Shown here: in pieces, positions 37,001-46,000 of the stretch | How the letters are laid out: each line of letters opens with the position of its first letter | Position numbering within the stretch: the first letter of the stretch is position 1 | IMG/VR virus record: IMGVR_UViG_3300021138_000017 | Location: 12,595-76,594 of that record | Source of the DNA: a virus | Strand: one strand, 5' to 3' | DNA length: 64,000 nt | Program-made: the position numbers and the translations under genes | The notes under the pieces: generated by a model | What the model saw: the letters and a program-made list of their open reading frames with translations, nothing else | The model's database searches: none | What the model was told of the DNA's origin: nothing

Positions 37001-40000
37001 ACTTGCCCATTAGAATTAATCAAAGCATATCCTGTGGCCAATATCCCGCCAGACATTGGAGAACTAAATGTAACAGTAGGTTGCGTTGTATAGCCACTTC
37101 CTCCATTTTCTATAATTACACCGTCAATACTCAATAAGAAGTTATTGTACCACTGACTGTAAGTGCTTGGCTCTAACCACAACTGTGCGTTTGGAGCGGC
37201 GTCACTCACAGTTGAATAATGAGTTGTTTGAGCTATAGTATATGGTAAACCAGACATATTGTAATTGATTACAGGACTTACAAACTGAGGTACTTGTAAA
37301 GTTGAATTCCATATAGCTGGCAAATCAAAGTCTGTTAAATCTCCACCAAAAGTATCTTTTCCATCATAAATTAAATTAAATTGTTTTACTTGTACATGAT
37401 AAGGCTTTACTTCTTGAAAATAATCAATAACAAATTCTTGATTATCAGGCAAATAAGTTTGATAAGGTAATAAATTCCTAATAGTATGGTCAACATCAAC
37501 GTAACTGGTTTTTATTAACCACGATGGGTCAGTAAATTCACTGTATACATAGTTAAACATTAAAATTAAACTGCTATTACGTTCATATAATAAATCATTA
37601 ATATAAATTTGCTCGTTTAAGGCTTGAATTATATAACGTGTTTCTGTTTGTGGTGTTTCGTCAAAATATTGACTGTCAAAAACTTGAGAATCAAATCCAA
37701 AATTTCCAACTGTGTAATTCCACAAATCTTCGGCAAATTGTATAGTACCATCTTCTAATCCAACACGCTGCCAATCATTAACAGGATCAACACCAGTACG
37801 TAGCCAAATTTCATATTTTCCGGCACCATTATTAATAACTCTTACACTTGACCCAACAGGAGCAGTGGAATAACTTAATGAACCTAGTTGTCCATAATTT
37901 TGTACTGCGGCAACTGGTGCTTGAGTATAATTATATCCTGGCAAGTACCAATTAATGTAATACCAATATTCTGGTGTATTATAATGTTGTATTTGTACTA
38001 AACTTAACTGCAAATCTGACTCTACTTCATATATGGTCCAACGTCCGCTTTGTGTACTGTCGTTGTCAACAAGATATCTGTAACCTACAGGAACTAGAGA
38101 TAAATTTTGATAACCTAATACTTCTAAGTTAGGCACTTCGAAATTCCAAAATAAAGTATTTGCTGTACCAGTACCAGAACCAACACCGGTAGCCACAAAA
38201 CTTAATCCAATAGTGTTATTTGCAGCGCCTATTGTTGTAAAATTTGTGTTTCCTAAAGTTGATATTGTATATGTTTTTCCAATAACAAAACTTCCAGCAG
38301 TTATTGTAATAATTTGAGGTGGCAAAGGTTCAGAAGAATCAAGCAAGGTAAAACTACGTGTTTCTGAAATAGGATATTGAGCTAAAATTGTATTTGCTCT
38401 AGTTAAATAATTTTTTAATGCTAAAAATCTATCGGCAAACATACTTTGACGTGGTCTAAATTCTACCCCGTATTTCATGCCAGGACTCAACAATGGGTCA
38501 GGAACAAGATTTCCAATTCTATCTACCCCGCATAAACTATCTTGAAATTTTCTATACAGTTGAGTATTTAAAAACGAATCAGAGATGCCATCTTTAATAA
38601 TTTGATATTCTTGATGAATTATAGCATCATTAAGTTGTTGATCAAATCCAATGCTTAAAATTGTGTTGTTGCTTGATAATATATTTTTTGCGTTATATAT
38701 GGCTATGGTTGAAGAATTCAATCCTGCTATATAAGGTAATCCACTACTGCGAGGATCATAGATATAACTTGCTACACCGTTGGCACTGAGAGTTTTTCCA
38801 GCACCTTGTTGTATTGTTGTTATTCCTTTTACCCAATAATAGTATAATGTTGTAAAAATATTATTTTTTCCAAGTTGTGACGATATTGAATAAGATATTG
38901 TACTTAAAACAGTGCCTTGTCCAGTATAACTTACGGGAGGCGAAGTACTTTCTATCCATTGATATACATCTACACTACTGCCAGGAAAAGTTTGTCCCCA
39001 TCTACGACTAGCATATACTATGTCATCCTGGTTAGGATCAATAAATCTTACTGTATTAGTATCCCACCACATTTCACCTAAATGTTCTGGACCCCAATAA
39101 TTACCATTATTATGTACTGAGCCTGTATTGTATTGTGCTGGATCAACTGCCCCAATGTAATTAATATTTTGTCTAGCCAAACCTAAAATTTTACCCTGTA
39201 ATGGGTCAAAGAAATCAAAGTAAGTTTGTGTTGCTCCGTTAATAGTGCTGTTAACTCCTATTTCTTGATTGCCATTGTAGGCAAAAACACTATTAATAGA
39301 GTATACATCTACAACTGGTTGTTGAGTACGTATAGCTTTCCACGCAGGAGAATTTGTAGGATTATCAAATACTACAATATATCCGTAATTTGCGGTATTA
39401 GTAATTGGACCGCCAGTTGCGCCAACAACCAATTTACCTGTAACATAACTAGATGAAGTTCCAAATGCGTCACCTGTTTGTACATTACTATTGTATATTT
39501 GTTGACCAAAAGCAAATTGTCCTGGATTTGACGGAGAATTATTACTGCTAGGGAAATAATCATATGTATATGCTACTCCGCCATTAATTATTGGATTAAA
39601 GAATGTGGTACTGTGTTCATCAAAATAAGTTTTTCCGCTATCAAATGTAGTTGGTTCATATACGTTGCCATTAGGACTGCCTACTATTAAATTGACAGCA
39701 CTTGAATCAATACTTAAAGATGCTCCAAATTGTCCATAAACAACAGGAAGAGGGCTTAAAATTTGTTGTGTAAATATAAATGTTTCAAATTCCAATAAAT
39801 CAAATACCGAATTTACAACTCCAGGTAGCACTGTAAGTAAATTTCCTGCGGTTGCGGCTGCCGAATTTAGTACTCCTATGGTTAATCTTCCTGAAACAAC
39901 AGTAACGGTATTTCCGGCAGCAGGCGGTGTTACAAAATATATACTTTTTGTTGATGGATCATAAGAATAATCAGCACTTCCTTGTATTATTGCGTTGACG

Positions 40001-43000
40001 TAAACAACAGTAGTATAGTTGTTAGCTGTTTCGTATAAATTACCTATATAAAATACTGAAGTAGAGCCATCACATGAAAATTGTAAATCAGGAGTAGCCG
40101 AAGCAAATATATTAGGAACATTACTGGCATTTATTGCTGCCGCAAATCCTGTCACTGTATTATTTGGAGAGGCTGGTACAGTAACTATACTATTGTTTAT
40201 ACGTAATGTTCCGCCAGGAATTAAAATTGGGTTAGCAAAAGTAGAAGTTGTTGTACCGTAAACTCTAGATTGATTTACTTGATGATCTACAGACCCAGCT
40301 TGTACTACATAAGTGCTGTCAAAAGGAGCACCTACATAAACACTACAATTAAGCGGACAAGCAGCAGTAACTGATCCATACATAGCTACTTCATTAGCAG
40401 TAGATGACGTAAGTTGTTGTATTTGCTGTATTTGATTAGTTTCAATTTCAATGATATCACCTACAGTAAATTCAATATTAGTAAAAGTAACAGTATTTCC
40501 ATTTACACTATACTGACCTGAATAAGATTGGGCTGTTGTAAGTAAGAATATATTGTTAACACTAACAGCCAACGGATATGTTACATTTCCAGGAACTGTA
40601 TAAGTCATTTGACTTGTATTACTAACAATATAACGTATTACACTACGATCAAAAATGTAAACAACACCAGCTTCGGTTAAATCGTTGACAGAAGCATTTG
40701 GGGCTCCAACCATTATTTGTCTACCATCTGTAGTAGTTGACACAGAAATTCCAAAATTGTCACCGTTAAGTGATTGGTTTGACGAAATGTAAGTAACATA
40801 CTGCCAATAAGTATCAGTTATTACGATTATTTTCGCACCCAAGGCTGGTACAGATCCGCTGGCAAATGTCAGCACAGTTGTTGCGGAATTAAATGTATAA
40901 TCTAAATATGGTCGTTGTAATTGTCCGTTGACAGTTACAGAAAAATTATAGTAATTTGTGGCATTGTATAGCAGTGAGTTAAGAGCAAATGATGTATTAC
41001 TGTAATTTCCTGTTCCAGAAATTGTAAACCCAGTTAAAATACTGTTAACTGTGTTTGTTACTGTTAATGTAATATTATTAGCAGGAGTGGCACCGCCTAC
41101 TAGATTTCCATTAATGACTATAGTGTCACCAATTTCATATCCTAACCCACCGTTAATTATAGTAATAGAATATAAACCACGAACTACATTAACTGTAAAG
41201 ATAGCGCCTACGCCAAATCCAGAAGTACTGGACTGTTGAATATCATAATAATTGTAATCATCTAACTGAGCCTGTTGATTTCTTGTAATTTTAATAATTT
41301 GATTGGCACTAGGAGGATTAGTGAATATCACAGATGTTGCGCTAACTGTATAATCAATATTCAATATTGCTGTATAACTGTCATTAAAAGTAACAGTCAA
41401 CTGTCCAGGGTGTGTTGAGCCATTTATTTGTAAACTATTAGAATAATTAAAAGTAGATGTAAATCCATCTGATGTATATGTAACCGATTGTGTTTCTACA
41501 TCAATACGTTCATAAGCATACACAATATTTTTTGCTGGCGCAGAAATATACATCCATCTTTCGTCAGCACTTATAGTACCTGCCGTACCAAAATTTATAG
41601 AACTAAAATCAAGATCTGGTGCTACTAAAAGCTGTGTAATAGAATACTGAGCAGTATTAGGATTACGATACACCACTGCAGCGTATCCTGCCCCAGAATT
41701 ACTATTTTTTGCTCCCACTACTGCCCATATTGCTGAACCAAATGATACAAAATTTCCAAAAGTTTGTGTAGCTGTAGCTGTTAATTTTAATAAATTACTG
41801 TATTCATAATCTGTTGTACTATTATGAAAATAACAGTACACACCCCCTTGATTGGTATTTAAATTTGGAGCACCAACTAGTAAACCTACATTATTATATG
41901 CCTGTGCTACGCTAGTCGCATATTGTGCCGATGATCGTAAGTCTTGTGAGATAGTTGAATTAGTTACAAATGGACTTTGTTTTTCTAAAGTTTCCCAATG
42001 TCCATTTCCATCGTTGTCTACCCAGGCTTTAGATCCAGGCACTAAACTGTTTACATAAGGCAACGTTGAAATATCACTAGCTTGACTTACTCTAGCATTT
42101 TGTAAATGGAAAATTAATCCTGTGCCTGTAACAAAAGTTACATTTGTATTTGTAAATGTAAAGGAAATTGTAAATGTTGTCGGCGAGGGAACTCCTAAAA
42201 TTCTATACACACCATCAACACCAGAATTGAAATATTTTATTATTATTAAATCAGATACTGCTAAACCATGTGGTTGATTAAATTGTGCTGTGCTTGTGCC
42301 ATTAAGATTGTCAGATAATCTTGTCATTTGACCAAAAATATCATTAACTCTGTAAACTCCCCAATCATAACTATTAACTTTAGCAATCCATATATAAGTT
42401 CCTATACCAATAGTAGAAAGATTAGTATCAATAGAAGTTGGATTAGCGATGTCAAACACTGTTATATCAATATCATCTAAGCACACATAGCCAGCAGAAG
42501 GCAAAGCTGATGGCAAACTACTGTTTTCATAAGTTGTAGGTAATATATTTGTAGAAGTTATAGCATAACTTTCTTTCCACAAATTATTTAGATAAAGTGT
42601 TTGATTGGCTTGACTAGCTTCGCCAGGATTTATAACTTGTATTGTAGAAGGATTATAATTTAATAATGCTTGATTTAATTGTATTTCAAAAAAACTTCTA
42701 TTAGCTTGGGCACCATATGTTCCTGATAAAATAGCCCAATTTTCATAAATTTTATACTGTCCAGATTCTTTTCCGAGATTAGCCGCGTTAAATATTTCGG
42801 CTGCTTGTAAAGTACCTTTGGTTCCAATAAATTGTTGATAAAGTTGCACTTGACTGACACCGTTAAGATTCATATTCGTCATATATTGACGTGGTCTAAA
42901 TCCTATAAGCCCAAAGGCAAATAAATTATTATCACTAGTTAAGTTTGCTTCGTAAACGTTGTAAGCATTGGCTAGCTGATTGGCTTTGTTGGCTAAATTT

Positions 43001-46000
43001 GGTAAAAGTCCGTTATCAATAGCTTGATAATCACTCTTTACCCATTCACTATAATTAAATGTTTTTTGTGGTTCGCTTATAACCAATGCTTGCCAATAAG
43101 TATTTTTATATAAAACAATAACACCTTTGGTATACTTTGTATATGAATTCCATTGTTCAATATTATTTAAATTAAGTATAAATCCTTGAGCATTGAGTTG
43201 CCCATCCCACTGTGTGGTTGTAGCAGCAGTTAATTTTAAACGTATTTGTCTGGCAGCGGTTATTGGATCATATATTAAGTCATTAAATTGGCTTGTATTA
43301 TTCAATACTATCATATCTTCATAATTTGTATATTGAAGAGTCAAGTAATTTATAGTTTGATTATTGGTTGTTGTTAATGTAAAGGTATTATTGTCTCTAT
43401 TAACAATCATTGTTCTTACATCTAATACTTTAAAATTTTGATCCAATAACATATTTTCCGGAGTTACACTGGCAATAGTATCAACTATAGATATTGGTTG
43501 AGTAGATGTTATAGATGTAGCACAAGGATTAAGATTAATAATTGTACCAACCGTCCAATTTTGAGTGGCAAAATTTAAAAATTCAGTGGCCATCTGGAAC
43601 CAGTTCAGTGTATACCCATTTTCTATATTAGCAAACGTCAAGCCTTGACTTTCTAAGTATGTTCCGTAGCCCAATAAAAAGTCGCATACACCAGCGGTAT
43701 TGGTAAATGTATAACCGTAAGGTATTTGTTTTACATTCTGTGTATACTGCGAAGGAACTTGAACTGTTTGATCCCCGGCAGTAATTGTTTTGTATAAACC
43801 AACTGGATTACTAATTTGTACATTAAAATAAGGTTGAATATTACTATATCCATACACAGTATATCCAATTCCTCCAGACCCTAATTGAGCAATTTCAACA
43901 ATCACAGAACTATATGTTATACTGTTAAAGGGTTGATTTTTATAAAATAATACATTATAACTAGATGGTGTAATTTCTAAATTGTTATTAGTAGATTCAG
44001 GGCCAGCACGTTCTGTGAATATTTGAATATACATAGGATCACTAAAGGAGGCCATACGATAACATAAACGAACATCTAAGTTAGACAAAGCATTAGTTAA
44101 ATCTGTAGTACTATTAACGCCTGTTTGTTGATTATAATCTACTATCCAATTAATATAAGAAGCTTTGCTTGTGCCATTGCCATAAATTTCTACACCAGAA
44201 GCATTTAATCTATAACGTTTGTTATACAAATACTGACCTAAAGTTGTGTCATAACGATATAAATCTCTGTCAGCAAATAAAGAGAAGAACTGAGCAGGCT
44301 TTGTAAGAGCTAACATACGCATTATAGCAAACGGATACGAAGAAGAATTCCACCAAGATGCTTGTGCTGGGCCACCATCTCCTGCTATCCAAGATTTTTG
44401 ATAAGATAACGGATCTGTCAACCCAACTATAGATTCATTTGGTGGTAAAAGTTCGCCTTCTGTACCTGATGGTATGATTTTTGTAAGTCCTGGTCTGGCG
44501 TATTCGGGTAAAATATAAGGTCCTGCTGGGTTGGCAACAAGTCCTGCTTCTAAATCATCCCATAAAACTGTATTGCCAGAAGTATAAGGTGCTGGGCCAT
44601 ATCTTAAAGTCCACCAGGCTGGTTCTTCCGAAAACCCTAACATTTCCCAAGGAGTAGTATTTGGTGTTTCTGTATCATAGAAATAAAGATACAATCCTCT
44701 CCAGTTGCCCTGTAGTAATTGTTGTTGATTTATACGATTAGCTGATTGACTATAATTCCAAGTAAAAGGATTGCTGGCAATATAATCTTGTTCAGTATAA
44801 TTTACTCTATTTTGCCCTACCCAAGACAAAAACGATTCGCTCATTATCTGATTAATTTCAGCGTATGTATAAGGTGTGGTACGGAAAAATCCTGGCAATA
44901 GAGCTGTTGTTTGTTCGGGATAAAATGTTGGATCAACACTGTCAGTTGATAAAGGTATAGGATTATCGTCTACTTTAATATTGTCATAAATTCTTTTTTC
45001 AAATTCAATTAAAACTTCATCACGTATATCACCAAAAGCAATAGTTTTACTGCCATCATGACCTTGAATTACTAAAGTAGGTTCAGAATATGTATAATCA
45101 AGATATAAACTAGGAGTATATTTAGGATATAAACCCATTTTACTAGGTGTGTTTGGACACCAACTTGCTACAGTTGTAGGGTATTCGTTAATAGTGACTA
45201 CATCACCAACATTTAAAGGTATTAAAATTGTTAATTTAGGGGCGTCTGTTGATACTGTATATTGACTACCACGCAATAACAATACTCCATTTACATAAAC
45301 CAATAATCCAAGATAGTTACCTGATGTGAAATTATAAGTTTGTATAGTATTAAAAGTTTGTCTTGTTATTGGGTTAACAGTTGTTGAATTAGAAGTGTAG
45401 TTTGAACCAACCGGTAACATATCACTCCAATAAAAAGGACTATTACTGTTGTTATTTTTAGTGATATAAGTTATAGCAGTATCAAGTATACTGCTTACTG
45501 ATTGTCCAACTCCGATATCTAATTGAGTTACTGCGTTTAATAACTTATTTTTGTATTTTACATATTCTCTACTATTAAATTCAATTGCAGCAAAAACATT
45601 ATAGTTTAGTGAACGTAAAAAATAACCAGCCAATGTTAAGGGCGAAGACTGTTGTAATATTTGTTGTCCGTATGGTACAATGTTGCCTAAATCTCGTGAA
45701 TTATTTGGTCCATTTATAACTCCAGTAAAATCTACTAAATTTTCACAAATGGTAGAATATTGTTGACGTATAGTTCCTAGTGTAAATTGTTTACTGTTAC
45801 CGTTAAAAGGATTATTTTCTAAGTTGATAGGAATTTGATAAAATCCTTGATTACTTACCTGCTGACTATATGCTAATACTTCAATAACATCTCCTACAAC
45901 ATAACCAGTTCCATTTAAAGTAATTGTAGTAGTATTAACCGCAGTATCTGTTATGTAAGTGTATGTTGACGGTAATTGGTAAACATTATTAATAAAAATT